A stretch of 64,000 nucleotides of DNA from Eledone cirrhosa. Its lineage: Eukaryota. Made by a program: the position numbers and the translations under genes. The notes beneath the pieces were generated by a model. It saw nothing but the letters and a program-made list of their open reading frames with translations. It made no database searches and was not told the origin of the DNA. This document shows, one piece after another, positions 44,501 to 58,171 of the stretch; position 1 is the first letter of the stretch; every line of letters begins with the position of its first letter. Where the stretch lies: assembly GCA_964016885.1 (NCBI GenBank), contig OZ024743.1:7378001-7442000 (forward strand), read 5' to 3'.

Positions 44501-47500
44501 TGTGGGTGTGGTGTGGTGTGTGGTGTGTGGTGTGTGGTGTGTGGTGTGTGTGGTGTGTGTGGTGTGTGGTGGTGGTGTGTGGTGTGTGGTGTGGTGGTGT
44601 GTGGTGTGTGGTGTGTGGTGTGGTGTGTGGTGTGTGGTGTGGTGTGTGGTGTGGTGTGTGGTGTGGTGTGTGGTGTGTGGTGTGGTGTGTGGTGTGGTGT
44701 GTGGTGTGTGGTGTGTGGTGTGGTGTGTGGTGTGTGGTGGTGGTGTGGTGTGTGGTGTGTGGTGTGGTGTGTGGTGTGGTGTGTGGTGTGGTGTGTGGTG
44801 TGGTGTGTGGTGTGTGGTGTGTGGTGTGTTGTGTGGTGTGTGGTGGTGTGGTGTGTGGTGTGTGGTGTGTGTGTGTGGTGTGTGTGGTGTGGTGTGGTGT
44901 GTGGTGTGGTGTGTGGTGTGTGTGTGTGGTGTGGTGTGTGTGTGTGGTGTGGTGTGTGGTGTGTGTGGTGTGTGTGGTGTGTGTGTGGTGTGTGGTGTGT
45001 GGTGTGTGGTGTGTGTGTGTGTGGTGTGTGTGGTGTGGTGTGTGGTGTGGTGTGTGGTGTGTGGTGGGTGTGTGGTGTGGTGTGTGGTGTGTGGTGTGTG
45101 TGTGTGTGTGTGGTGTGTGGGTGTGGTGTGTGTGTGGTGTGTGTGTGGTGTGTGGTGTGTGGTGTGTGGTGTGGTGTGTGGTGTGGTGTGTGGTGTGTGT
45201 GTGGTGTGTGGTGTGTGGTGTGGTGTGTGGTGTGTGGTGTGGTGTGTGGTGTGGTGTGGTGGTGTGGTGTGTGGTGTGTGGTGTGTGTGTGTGGTGTGTG
45301 GTGTGTGGTGTGGTGTGTGGTGTGTGGTGTGTGTGGGTGTGTGTGGTGTGTGGTGTGTGGTGTGTGTGTGGGTGTGTGGTGTGTGTGGTGTGTGGTGTGG
45401 TGTGGTGTGTGGTGTGTGTGTGGTGTGTGGTGTGTGGTGTGGTGTGTGGTGTGTGGTGTGTGTGGTGTGTGTGGTGTGTGGTGTGGTGTGTGGTGTGTGG
45501 TGTGGTGTGTGGTGTGGTGTGTGGTGTGTGGTGTGTGTGTGTGGTGTGGTGTGTGGTGTGTGGTGTGTGTGGTGTGGGGTGTGGTGTGGTGGTGGTGTGG
45601 TGTGTGTGTGTGTGTGTGTGTGGTGTGGTGTGTGGTGTGTGGTGTGTGTGGTGTGTGTGGTGTGTGGTGTGGTGGTGGTGGTGTGGTGTGTGTGGTGTGT
45701 GGTGTGGTGTGTGGTGTGTGTGTGGTGTGTGGGGTGTGGTGTGTGGTGTGTGGTGTGTGGTGTGTGTGTGTGGTGTGTGGTGTGTGTGTGTGTGTGGGTG
45801 TGGTGTGGTGTGTGGTGTGGTGTGTGGTGTGTGGTGTGGTGTGGTGTGTGTGGTGTGGTGTGTGGTGTGGTGTGTGGTGTGTGGTGTGTGTGGTGTGGTG
45901 TTGGTGTGGTGTTGTGTGTGGTGTGTGGTGTGGGGTGTGTGGTGTGGTGTGTGTGGTGTGTGTGTGTGGTGTGTGTGGGTGTGTGGTGTGGTGTGTGGTG
46001 TGTGGTGTGTGTGTGGTGTGGTGTGTGGTGGTGGTGGTGTGGTGTGTGGTGTGTGGTGTGTGTGGTGTGTGTTGTGTGGTGTGGTGTGTGGTGTGGTGTG
46101 GTGTGTGTGGTGTGTGGGTGTGGTGTGTGGTGTGTGGTGTGGTGTGTGGTGTGTGGGTGTGGTGTGGTGTGTGGTGTGTGGTGTGGTGTGTGGTGTGTGT
46201 GGTGTGTGTGGTGTGGTGTGTGGTGTGGTGTGTGGTGTGTGGGTGTGGTGTGTGTGTGTGTGGTGTGGTGTGGGTGTGTGGTGTGTGGTGTGGTGTGTGG
46301 GGTGTGGTGGTGGTGTGGGTGTGTGGTGTGGTGTGTGTGGTGTGTGGGGTGTGGTGGTGGTGTGGTGTGTGGTGTGGTGGTGTGGTGTGGTGTGTGGGTG
46401 TGGGGTGTGTGTGTGTGGTGTGGGTGTGGTGTGTGGTGGTGTGTGTGGTGTGGTGTGTGGTGTGGTGTGTGGTGTGTGGTGTGTGTGGTGTGTGTGTGTG
46501 GTTGTGGTGTGTGTGTGTGTGGTGTGTGGTGTGGTGTGTGGTGTGTGTGTGGTGTGGGTGTGGTGTGTGGGTGTGTGGGGTGGGTGTGGTGTGTGGTGTG
46601 GTGTGTGGTGTGGTGTGTGGTGTGTGTGGTGTGTGTTGTGTGGTGTGGTGTGTGTGGTGTGGTGTGTGGTGTGGTGTGTGGTGTGGTGTGTGGGTGTGTG
46701 TGGTGTGTGTGTGTGGTGTGGTGTGTGTGTGTGTGGTGGTGGTGTGGTGTGTGGTGTGTGGTGTGTGGTGTGGTGTGTGGTGTGTGGGGTGTGGTGTGGT
46801 GTGTGGTGTGGTGTGTGGTGTGTGGTGTGGGTGGTGGGTGTGGTGTGGTGTGGTGTGTGGTGTGTGGTGTGTGGTGTGGTGTGTGGTGTGGTGTGTGGGT
46901 GTGTGGTGTGTGGTGTGTGGTGTGGTGTGTGGTGTGTGTGGTGGTGTGGTGTGGTGTGTGGTGTGTGGGTGTGTGGTGTGGTGGGGTGTGGTGTGTGGGT
47001 GTGGTGTGGTGTGTGGTGGTGTGTGGTGGTGTGGGTGTGGTGTGTGGTGTGTGGTGGTGTGGTGTGTGGTGTGGTGTGTGGGTGTGGTGTGGGTGTGTGG
47101 TGTGTGGTGTGGTGTGTGGTGTGGTGTGTGGTGTGTGGGTGTGGTGTGTGGTGTGGTGTGTGGTGTGTGGTGGGTGTGTGGTGTGGTGGTGGGTGTGGGT
47201 GTGGTGTGTGGTGTGTGGGTGTGTGTGGTGTGTGGGTGGGTGTGGTGTGTGTGTGTGTGTGGTGTGTGTGGTGTGGTGTGTGGTGTGGTGTGGTGTGGTG
47301 TGTGGTGTGGTGGTGTGTGTGTGGTGGTGTGTGGGTGGTGTGTGGTGTGTGTGGTGTGTGTGGGTGGTGTGTGGTGTGTGGGTGTGGTGTGTGGTGTGGT
47401 GTGTGGTGTGGTGTGTGGTGGTGTGGTGTGTGTGTGTGTGTGGTGTGTGGTGTGGTGTGGTGTGTGGTGTGTGGTGTGTGTGTGGTGTGTGGTGTGTGTG

Positions 47501-50086
47501 GTGTGTGGTGTGTGGTGTGGTGTGGTGGTGGTGTGGTGTGTGGTGTGTGGTGTGTGGTGTGGTGTGTGGTGTGGTGGTGTGGTGTGGTGTGTGGTGTGGT
47601 GGTGTGGTGTGGTGTGTGGTGTGGTGGTGGTGTGGTGTGTGGTGTGTGGTGTGTGGTGTGTGGTGTGTGGTGTGGTGTGTGGTGTGTGTGGTGTGTGTGG
47701 TGTGGTGTGTGTGTGGTGTGTGTGTGGTGTGTGGTGTGTGGTGTGGTGTGTGGTGTGTGGTGTTGTGTGTGTGTGGTGTGTGGTGTGGTGTGTGGTGTGG
47801 TGTGTGTGTGGTGTGGTGTGGTGTGGTGTGTGGTGTGGTGTGGTGTGTGTGGTGTGTGGTGTGTGGTGTGGTGTGTGGTGTGTGGTGGTGTGGTGTGTGG
47901 TGTGGTGTGGTGTGTGGTGTGGTGGTGGTGTGGGTGTGTGTGGTGTGTGTGGTGTGTGGTGTGGTGGTGTGTGTGGTGTGTGGTGTGGTGGGTGTGGTGT
48001 GGTGTGGTGTGGTGTGTGGTGTGTGGTGTGTGGGTGTGGTGTGTGGTGTGTGGTGTGTGGTGTGGTGTGTGTGGTGTGTGGTGTGTGGTGTGGTGTGTGG
48101 TGTGGTGTGTGGTGTGTGGTGTGTGTGTGGTGTGGTGTGTGGTGTGGTGTGTGGTGTGTGGGTGTGGTGTGGTGTGTGGTGTGGTGTGTGGTGTGTGGTG
48201 TGTGGTGTGGTGTGGTGTGTGGTGGTGTGTGGTGTGTGGTGTGTGTGGTGTGGTGTGTGGTGTGTGGTGTGGTGTGTGGTGTGGTGTGTGGTGTGGTGTG
48301 GTGTGTGTGGTGTGTGGTGTGTGGTGTGGTGTGTGGTGGGTGTGTGGTGTGTGGGTGTGGTGTGTGGTGTGGTGTGGTGTGTGGTGTGGTGTGGTGTGGT
48401 GTGTGGTGTGGTGGTGGTGTGGGTGTGGTGTGTGGTGTGTGGTGTGGTGTGTGGTGTGGTGGTGTGTGGTGTGTGGGTGTGGTGTGTGGTGTGGTGTGTG
48501 TGTGGGTGGTGTGGTGTGTGGGGGTGTGTGGTGTGGGTGTGGTGTGTGGTGTGTGGTGTGGTGTGTGGTGTGGTGTGTGGTGTGGTGTGTGGTGTGTGGT
48601 GTGGTGTGTGGGTGGGTGTGGTGTGTGGTGTGGTGGTGGGGTGTGTGGGTGTGGTGGGGGTGTGGTGTGTGGTGTGGTGTGGTGTGGTGGTGTGTGGTGT
48701 GTGGTGTGGTGTGTGGGGTGTGTGGTGTGTGTGGTGTGGTGTGTGGTGTGGTGTGTGGTGTGTGGTGTGTGGTGTGGTGTGTGGTGTGGTGTGGTGTGGT
48801 GTGTGTATGTGGTGTGTGGTGTGTGGTGTGTGGTGTGGTGTGTGGTGGTGTGGGTGTGGTGTGTGGGTGTGGTGTGTGGTGTGTGTGTGGTGTGTGGTGT
48901 GTGGTGTGGTGGTGTGGTGTGGGTGGTGTGTGGTGTGGTGTGTGGTGTGTGGTGTGTGTTGTGTGGTGTGGTGTGTGGTGTGTGTGGTGTGTGTGGTGTG
49001 GTGTGTGGTGTGGTGTGTGGTGTGTGGTGTGTGGTGTGGTGTGTGGTGTGGTGTGTGATATGTGGTGTGTGGTGTGTGGTGTGTGTGGTGTGTGGTGTGT
49101 GGTGTGTGGTGTGTGGTGTGGGGTGTGGTGTGGTGTGTGGTGTGTGGTGTGTGGTGTGGTGTGTGGTGTGGTGTGTGATATGTGGTGTGTGGTGTGTGGT
49201 GTGTGTGGTGTGTGGTGTGTGGTGTGTGGTGTGTGGTGTGGTGTGTGGTGTGGTGTGTGGTGTGTGGTGTGTGGTGTGGTGTGTGGTGTCGTGTGTGGTG
49301 TGTGTGTGGTGTGGTGTGTGGTGTGTGGTGTGGTGTGTGGTGTGGTGTGTGGTGTGTGGTGTGTGTTGTGTGGTGTGGTGTGTGGTGTGTGTGGTGTGTG
49401 TGGTGTGGTGTGTGGTGTGGTGTGTGGTGTGTGGTGTGTGTGGTGTGTGTTGTGTGGTGTGGTGTGTGCTGTGTGTGGTGTGGTGTGTGGTGTGTGGTGT
49501 GGTGTGGTGTGTGCTGTGTGTGGTGTGTGGTGTGGTGTGTGGTGTGTGGTGTGTGGTGTGGTGTGTGGTGTGTGGGGTGTGGTGTGGTGTGTGGTGTGGT
49601 GTGTGGTGTGTGGTGTGTGGTGTGGTGTGTGGTGTGGTGTGTGATATGTGGTGTGTGGTGTGTGGTGTGTGGTGTGTGTGTGGTGTGGTGTGTGGTGTGT
49701 GGTGTGTGGTGTGTGGTGTGGTGTGTGGTGTGGTGTGTGGTGTGGTGTGTGGTATGTGGTGTGGTGTGTGGTGTGTGGTGTGGTGTGTGGTGTGGTGTGT
49801 GGTGTGTGGTGTGGTGTGTGGTGTGGTGTGTGGTGTGGTGTGTGGTATGTGGTGTGTGGTGTGTGAGTGTGGTGTGTGTGTGGTGTTTGGTGTGTGTGGT
49901 ATGTGCTGTGCGTGGTGTGGGTGGTGTGTGGTGTGTGGGTGTGTGTGGCTTGTGTTGTGTGTGGTGTGTCTTGTGTGTGTGGTGTGTGTGTGGTGTGTGT
50001 GGTGTGTGGTGTGTGGTGTGTGTGGTGTGTGGTGTGTGTGGTGTGTGGTGTGTGGTGTGTGTGTGTGTGGTGTGTGTGGTGTGTGG

Positions 50087-50117
<31 letters not shown>

Positions 50118-51415
50118 TGGTGTGTGGTGTGTGTGTGTGGTGTGTGTGGTGTGTGGTGTGTGTGGTGTGTGTGTGGTGTGTGGTGTGTGTGGTGTTTGGT
50201 GTGTGTGGGTGTGTGTGGTGTGTGTGGTGTGTGGTGTGGTGTGTGTGTGTGTGTGGTGTGTTTGGTGTGTGGTGTGTGTGTGGTGTGTGTGTGTGTGTGG
50301 TGTGTGTGGTGTGTGGTGTGTGTGTGTGGTGTGTGTGGTGTGTGTGGTGTGTGGTGTGTGTGGTGTGTGATGTGTGTGGTGTGTGTGTGGTGTGTGGTGT
50401 GTGTGTGGTGTGTGGTGTGTGTGTGTGGTGTGTGGTGTGTGTGTGGTGTGTGTGTGTGGTGTGTGTGGTGTGTGTGTGTGTGGTGTGTGTGTGGTGTGTG
50501 TGTGGTGTGTGTGGTGTGTGTGGTGTGTGTGGTGTGTGGTGTGTGTGTGTGTGGTGTGTGGTGTGTGGTGTGGTGTGTGGTGTGTGTGGTGTGTGTGGTG
50601 TGTGTGGTGTGTGTTGTGTGTGGTGTGTGTGTTGTGTGGTGTGTGTGGTGTGTGGTGTTTGGTGTGTGTGGTGTGTGTGGTGTGTGTGGTGTGTGTTGTG
50701 TGTGGTGTGTGTGTTGTGTGGTGTGTGTGTTGTGTGGTGTGTGTTGTGGTGTGTGTGTTGTGTGGTGTGTGTTGTGTGTGGTGTTTGGTGTGTGTTGTGG
50801 TGTGTGTGTTGTGTGGTGTGTGTGGTGTGTGGTGTTTGGTGTGTGTGGTGTGTGTGGTGTGTGTGGTGTGTGTTGTTTGTGGTGTGTGGTGTGTGTGGTG
50901 TGTGGTGTGTGTGGTGTGTGTGGTGTGTGTTGTGTGTGGTGTTTGGTGTGTGTGGTGTGTGTGGTGTGTGTGGTGTGTTGTGTGTTTTTTGTGGTGTGTG
51001 AGTGTGTGTGGTGTGTGTGTGGTGTGTGGTGTGGTGTCTGGTCTGTTGTGTGGGTGGTCGTGGTGTGTGGTGTCTGTGGTGTGTGTGGTGTTTGGTGTGG
51101 TGTGTGTGGTGTGTGTGGTTTGTTTGGTGTGTGGTGTGTTAGTCTGTGTGGTGTGTTGTGTGGTGTGTGTGGTGTCTGGTGTGTGTGGTGTGTTGTGTGG
51201 TGTGTGTGGTGTCTGGTGTGTGTGGTGTGTTGTGTGGTGTGTGTGGTGTGTGTGGTGTGTGTGTGTGTGTGTGGTGTGTTGTGTGGTGTGTGTGGTGTGT
51301 GTGTGTGTGTGTGTGGTGTGTTGTGTGGTGTGTGTGGTGTGTGTGGTGTGTGTGGTGTGTGTGGTGTGTTGTGTGGTGTGTGTGGTGTCTGGTGTGTGTG
51401 GTGTGTGTGGTTTGT

Positions 51416-51450
<35 letters not shown>
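41591..51450. repeat. ~9.9 kb GT/GGT low-complexity satellite (GGTGT, GGTGTGT, GGTGTGTGT units)
   Basis: Almost exclusively G and T on the plus strand. Confidence 0.97.
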
Positions 51451-51451
<1 letters not shown>

Positions 51452-51516
51452 GACGCAACCATGTCTGAGCAGTTCAGAGGTTCTCTTCAGAATCCTAAGA
51501 TCCCTAGTTAAATCCT

Positions 51517-52245
51517 TCTACCTCTAGGGCAAGTGAGTGTACCCTAGCTTTGGTCCCTCTACCTCTAGGGCAAGTGAGTGTACCCTAGCTTTGGTCCCTC
51601 TACCTCTAGGGCAAGTGAGTGTACCCTAGCTTTGGTCCCTCTACCTCTAGGGCAAGTGAGTGTACCCTAGCTTTGGTCCCTCTACCTCTAGGGCAAGTGA
51701 GTGTACCCTAGCTTTGGTCCCTCTACCTCTTGGGCAAATGATTTTACCCCAGCTTTGGTCCCTCTACCTCTAGGGCAAGTGAGTGTACCCTAGCTTTGGT
51801 CCCTCTACCTCTAGGGCAAATGATTTTACCCTAGCTTTGGTCCCTCTACCTCTAGGGCAAATGATTTTACCGTAGCTTTGGTCCCTCTACCTCTAGGGCA
51901 AGTGAGTTTACCGTAGCTTTGGTCCCTCTACCTCTAGGGCAAGTGAGTTTACCGTAGCTTTGGTCCCTCTACCTCTAGGGCAAGTGAGTTTACCGTAGCT
52001 TTGGTCCCTCTACCTCTAGGGCAAGTGAGTTTACCGTAGCTTTGGTCCCTCTACATCTAGGGCAAGTGAGTTTACCGTAGCTTTGGTCCCTCTACCTCTA
52101 GGGCAAGTGAGTTTACCGTAGCTTTGGTCCCTCTACCTCTAGGACAAGTGAGTTTACTGTAGCTTTGGTCCCTCTACCTCTAGGGCAAGTGAGTTTACCG
52201 TAGCTTTGGTCCCTCTACCTCTAGGGCAAGTGAGTTTACCCTAGC
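51517..52245. repeat. 40-41 bp hairpin-forming minisatellite (~18 copies)
   Basis: Unit CTACCTCTAGGGCAAGTGAG(TG/T)TACC(C/G)TAGCTTTGGTCCCT. Confidence 0.95.
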
Positions 52246-52350
52246 AATGGGTCGACTCAATCCCTGAGAGTGAAACTGGTTTAAAAGAAACTGCAGGGCT
52301 GCCCGTCGGGTAGATTGTATCTATAATTCAAAGTCCAGTTTTATCACATA

Positions 52351-52541
52351 TAATTGTTTCTACTTTAGGCACAAGGCCAGCAATTACACAGTGCATTACT
52401 GGTACTTTACTTTATCGACCCCGTAAGGATGAAAGGCAAAGTCAACCTCGGCGGGATTTGAACTCAGATCGTAAAGGGACGTAACTATGCTGGAAAGCAT
52501 GGCGTCCGACCCTCTACTGATACTGCCAATCCACCGCCCTT
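52351..52541 (-). mobile_element. tRNA-derived SINE (family A) with a 17 bp target-site duplication
   Basis: Flanked by GTTTTATCACATATAAT; the right copy is split by a Helitron. Confidence 0.85.
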
Positions 52542-52554
52542 GTTTTATCACATA

Positions 52555-53716
52555 CTAGCAGTAAAGCCCGGCGTTGCTCGGGGTCGCTCAGTAGCTGTGT
52601 TAAAGTTACAATGTTAAGTTTCTTTTTTGGCTTAAAAACTGTAGTGTCTACTGTGCAGACTTGCATGTGGTGTTTTTGATTAATATTCCCTCAACCAACA
52701 ATATGCCTTATGAAGTTAAGAAAACATAACGATAACCCGAATGTTATAACAAAAGAGGATGCTGGGGATAAAAACTGCACTGGTTATTTATTAACAAAGA
52801 TCGAAAATGTAAACACTGCAACGCAGAGAAAAACATTAGCGTAACCAAATTATCAGTTATGTCTGTCTGCACGCCTATATCACCTCTCTGCACGACTGTC
52901 TGTCTGCACGCCTATATCACCTCTCTGCACGACTATCTGTCTGCACGCCTATATCAACTCTCTGCACGACTATCTGTCTGCACGCCTATATCACCTCTCT
53001 GCACGACTGTCTGTCTGCACGCCTATATCACCTCTCTGCACGACTGTCTGTCTGCACGCCTAACGAAATTTACAGATACATATATTTTAAATAAACTTAT
53101 ATAATTTTTGCTTTTTTTTACGAAATATTTGCTTGTTTTACGTAGTCTTTAAATAGACTTGTTTTCAAGTAAAAATATTGTTTTAAAAGGCTTTTAAATG
53201 GAAATGAAGCAAAACGGAAGCTTAGTGTTCGAACTGATGAATTTTGCAGGTCAAAATTTTGCTGGCTCGACAACTGTTCGTGTATTGTGTTAATGTCATT
53301 TTAAACGCTGAGAAAGCCAGCGTAATTTTTTTAATTTTTGCCAGCGTAATTTTTTTAATTTTTGCACGCAGAAAATGTAAACAGAACGTAAGACGCTACG
53401 CTGAATGTAAACAGAACAAAGGGAAATCATTTTTTTAATTTTTGCACGCAGAAAATGTAAAGAGAACGTAAGACGCTACGCTGAATGTAAACAGAACAAA
53501 GGGAAATAACTGATCACTTACGCTCAAAAATCGATACATTATATTCGATTTCGTCACATAGGGTGGGTCAATTTGAAATATTTTTTTTCCGATGTCTTCG
53601 CTAGGGCTCAATGTACAAGTATAGCAATTTCGGTGCAATTCCGTGAGAGATTCTAAGAGGAGATGTGTGCCAAAAATCGATAGACAGACAGACAACCACA
53701 GTTTTATATATATAGA
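52555..53716 (-). mobile_element. Non-autonomous Helitron with an internal 37 bp minisatellite (52860-53061)
   Basis: Minus strand 5' A|TCTATATATATAAAACTG..TGTCTGTC and 3' CCCGAGCAACGCCGGG hairpin..CTAG|T. Inserted at an A|T site without its own TSD. Confidence 0.85.
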
Positions 53717-53743
53717 TAATGTCACGCTGATTCTACCTGACTA

Positions 53744-53919
53744 TAGGTAACATTCTTGTTATATCGAATACCATTATAACGAATTTTTCAGTATAACGAA
53801 ATTTTTTCAATCCCCGGCCACAAGTTCGATGTGTTTCGGTAGATCTCGTTATAAAGAATTTTTCGTTACAACGAATTTTTTTAATACCTCATGAATTTCG
53901 TTATAACGGAATTTCACTA
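53744..53919. mobile_element. Tc1/pogo-type MITE
   Basis: Diverged TIRs (..GTTATATCGAA / TTCGTTATAACGGAATTTCACTA), TA flanks and repeated TATAACGAA motifs. Confidence 0.65.
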
Positions 53920-54151
53920 TATTACATTAAGGGTACACGTGTCTATGTAATACACCCCTCCAGATATATGTGAGCCATTGTGTGTGTGTGTGTGTTTATG
54001 TATGTGTATGTGTGTGTATGTGTGTACGTGTGTCTCTGTGTGTTACCGATACTTTAAATGTATGTTTGTTAATCTGTATTTATTTAAAGTACTACATAAT
54101 AACTTGATATAAGTTAAGTATTTGAAATTTAAGCAATATATATATATACAT

Positions 54152-54194
54152 GGACTTTCCTGATGATTTCCTTCGAATGAAACAGTTCTAGTCC
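54152..54194 (+). ncRNA. Decayed hammerhead motif
   Basis: GGACT..CTGATGA-TTTC(CTTC)GAAT-GAAA-CAGTT..AGTCC. Confidence 0.4.
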
Positions 54195-54279
54195 TGTAGA
54201 AGCCATTTCTATATTAAATATTTATACTCTGCTATGCACTGAGTACCTTACTGTGGTTACCTTCGATTGAACCCGGGAT

Positions 54280-54356
<77 letters not shown>

Positions 54357-55211
54357 AAAAATAAATAAACATTTCTACATAATGAGCACTCGGGCAACTC
54401 CGGGTACCACTGCTTGTATATTACAATATTGTGTCTATTGAAATAATATAGCAGGTTTCAATATTTAGATTCCATAATTTTCATGCTGATTATTCATATT
54501 TTAATAGCAACTACAAAATGCAACAGTCATTAATATTCTTTTTGCAGTAATATAATTAATTTTGACTGCACAAACGCTGTAACTTAATTAATATATATTC
54601 CCAGCACGAATATTTACATCCATTAAATAAATCAACACATTGTTATTTTCTGTTATGGATCTCAGTTTCCTTCGAATTTGTATAAACTCATTCTGGTATG
54701 TGATTAAAGTCAGTTTATACTCATCTTGTAGATCAAGTTTCCTAACTAGTTATCTGGTTTTGCATCTAAACCTTTGTCAGGCCTTGGCTTGCAGTTTAAC
54801 TGATATAAATCATGCGGATGAAATACTATATCAATGGGCACTTTCAATACGAGCCTATTTCGTTTTAGTCCTCGTTCCAAACTGACGTCAAACAATAACA
54901 CATTATAGTTACGAGCAAGACCTTAAAAACAATTCTTGATGCATGCTTCAAATTATTTACCTTTAAAATAGCTTTGCACCAGAAATTGTATTTGATATAA
55001 TTAAAATACGGACGAGATGCTAAATTTACACATGGCTAATGGGATTGTGTTACTTATTTTGTTATTGGATGTGATAAATTGTATTGTTGGATGTGATTAA
55101 ATATATATAATAGAGTCATTGAATATAGAGAACTAAGCTCATAGTCGACGAAAAAAGGAGAGAATTAAGAGCTCATTAACACGGGTGCAATTTTAGAGCC
55201 ACCAAAAGGTT

Positions 55212-56838
55212 TGTTTATATATAGTCATATATATTGTTTATATATAGTCCTATATATTGTTTATATATAGTCCTATATATTATTTATATATAGTCCTATA
55301 TATTGTTTATATATAGTCCTATATATTGTTTATATATAGTCCTATATATTGTTTATATATAGTCCTATATATTGTTTATATATAGTCCTATATATTGTTT
55401 ATATATAGTCCTATATATTGTTTATATATAGTCCTATATATTGTTTATATATATTCTATATATTGTTTATATATAGTTATATAGTCTATATATTATTTAT
55501 ATATAGTCCTATATATTGTTTATATATAGTCCTATATATTGTTTATATATAGTCCTATATATTGTTTATATATAGTCCTATATATTATTTATATATAGTC
55601 CTATATATTGTTTATATATATTCTATATATTGTTTATATATAGTCCTATATATTGTTTATATATAGTTATATAGTCTATATATTGTTTATATATAGTTAT
55701 ATAGTCTATATATTGTTTATATATAGTTATATAGTCTATATATTGTTTATATATAGTTATATAGTCTATATATTATTTATATATAGTCCTATATATTATT
55801 TATATATAGTCCTATATATTATTTATATATAGTCCTATATATTATTTATATATAGTCCTATATATTATTTATATATAGTCCTATATATTATTTATATATA
55901 GTCCTATATATTATTTATATATAGTCCTATATATTATTTATATATAGTCCTATATATTGTTTATATATATTCTATATATTGTTTATATATAGTCCTATAT
56001 ATAAACAATATATAGTTATATAGTCTATATATTGTTTATATATAGTTATATAGTCTATATATTGTTTATATATAGTTATATAGTCTATATATTGTTTATA
56101 TATAGTTATATAGTCTATATATTATTTATATATAGTCCTATATATTATTTATATATAGTCCTATATATTATTTATATATAGTCCTATATATTATTTATAT
56201 ATAGTCCTATATATTATTTATATATAGTCCTATATATTATTTATATATAGTCCTATATATTATTTATATATAGTCCTATATATTGTTTATATATATTCTA
56301 TATATTGTTTATATATAGTCCTATATATTGTTTATATATAGTTATATAGTCTATATATTGTTTATATATAGTTATATAGTCTATATATTGTTTATATATA
56401 GTTATATAGTCTATATATTGTTTATATATAGTTATATAGTCTATATATTATTTATATATAGTCCTATATATTATTTATATATAGTCCTATATATTATTTA
56501 TATATAGTCCTATATATTATTTATATATAGTCCTATATATTATTTATATATAGTCCTATATATTATTTATATATAGTCCTATATATTATTTATATATAGT
56601 CCTATATATTATTTATATATAGTCCTATATATTATTTATATATAGTCCTATATATTGTTTATATATATTCTATATATTGTTTATATATAGTCCTATATAT
56701 TGTTTATATATAGTTATATAGTCTATATATTATTTATATATAGTCTATATATTATTTATATATAGTCTATATATTATTTATATATAGTCCTATATATTAT
56801 TTATATAGTGTCCTATATATTATTTATATAGTGTCCTA
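55212..56838. repeat. 21/29 bp AT-rich minisatellite
   Basis: Units TATATAGTCCTATATATT(G/A)TT and a longer variant containing GTTATATAGTC. Confidence 0.95.
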
Positions 56839-57782
56839 TGATATGAAGAACAATATAAACAAACAAATAATTAACTTCCCGGGTTTGATTTTTTAGTCTG
56901 CTAATTTTTAATGCCTACTAGTGTAGGAGATTCTACATATACTTGGTGATTGCCTCGTCCTCACTTCGGCAAGTACAGTGAACTCTATACTTCAATAAAA
57001 CTGAATAATGTCCAAAGTTGTTTCCTGTACTTTTTGAAATGATTCAAACAATACTAGTCTTTGAGCTAATATTGTTTTTTGTTTACTCCATATTTCTTAG
57101 TCTATAGTCACTGTTGATTACATTAAACATGCTAACACTAACCTAACTCTTTGTAAATACAGTTTGCATTAATATCTATTAGCACCAACACGCAATCTTA
57201 AAGATAGTGTATTGGCACATATGCGCCAGTTCCCAGTTTATGTATCTGCACATAATTTAATTCGTTTGTATACTTTATCTAAGTTAGAATGCTATACGTG
57301 TGTATGCATATATCAATTTATCTGTTGAAAGATCGTTTTTGTCACTTTTGTTGAGTTTCACGAACTTTAATATATCGCTCTGCTAAATTGTCAGCGTTTT
57401 CACCAGAGATACGTCGATAACCAACTTAAACGATTTTCTTTCACAACATAATATTACCCCCTTCCGATAATAGGAATTACATGCCATACGCTCTGTCATC
57501 AATCTCTTGTGTATTGATAACCCAAAATACTATATACTTTCTGTAATCTTGGCGGTAAAGTTCAATACTAATTAAATTTATTAATTATTGTATTTTTCAT
57601 ATTAAATGTGTGGTTTTTGACTAAGGAAGTTTTGTCCTTGTGATATTTGTCATACACCCATGGCCTTTACCATGGTAAGCGAAATAAACTATGCAAACTG
57701 CAAACAAGTTTTATTAAAATATACAAGCTTCCGTATGACTCTTGAACCACAGAAAACTAATTTCAACGGCAAACAGGAGAAA

Positions 57783-58160
57783 GACAATTGGCTAAGGACT
57801 GAATTGTAAATAAATGCACTACTATTATTACATAGATCTACAAAATTTCAAAAGCTTTCTGTTTCGGAGCTGAAATATCACCTTCTTTATGCATTTCGAG
57901 GCGTTGAACTCGAAAATGACAAAATAATTGAGGGTTTAGTTCTAATCTTTTAGAGTCACAGATGTAGGTAGTTCTTTGCTGTGCGGTACTGGGCTTCGAG
58001 CACAGGAAATATCAGGTTAATCAACATTTCCTTTCCTCTTCTCCTTAAGTCTTTTCGGAGTTGGTTACACCATACAGAAGTAAGAATTATTTAAATGATT
58101 AGTTGGCATTGCAAAAAGCATAGACATCCTTTTCTTTTGTAATAGTAAAAGTAGAAATCA
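57783..58160. repeat. ~375 bp segment duplicated in inverted orientation at ~63163-63543
   Basis: Near-identical reverse complement. Confidence 0.9.
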
Positions 58161-58171
58161 TTATTATTATT

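Noticed and set aside
51455-51500. Minus-strand CTGAAGA..TGAAC hammerhead-like string
   Set aside because: No GAAA and no stem I pairing.
41286-51527. Giant ORFs (up to 3390 aa) of His/Thr/Pro or Val/Cys/Gly/Trp
   Set aside because: They are open in several frames on both strands because GT-only sequence lacks stop codons, and some span an N gap.
51517-52245. CRISPR-like hairpin repeat array
   Set aside because: There are no unique spacers and no cas genes, and the context is eukaryotic. It is a plain minisatellite.
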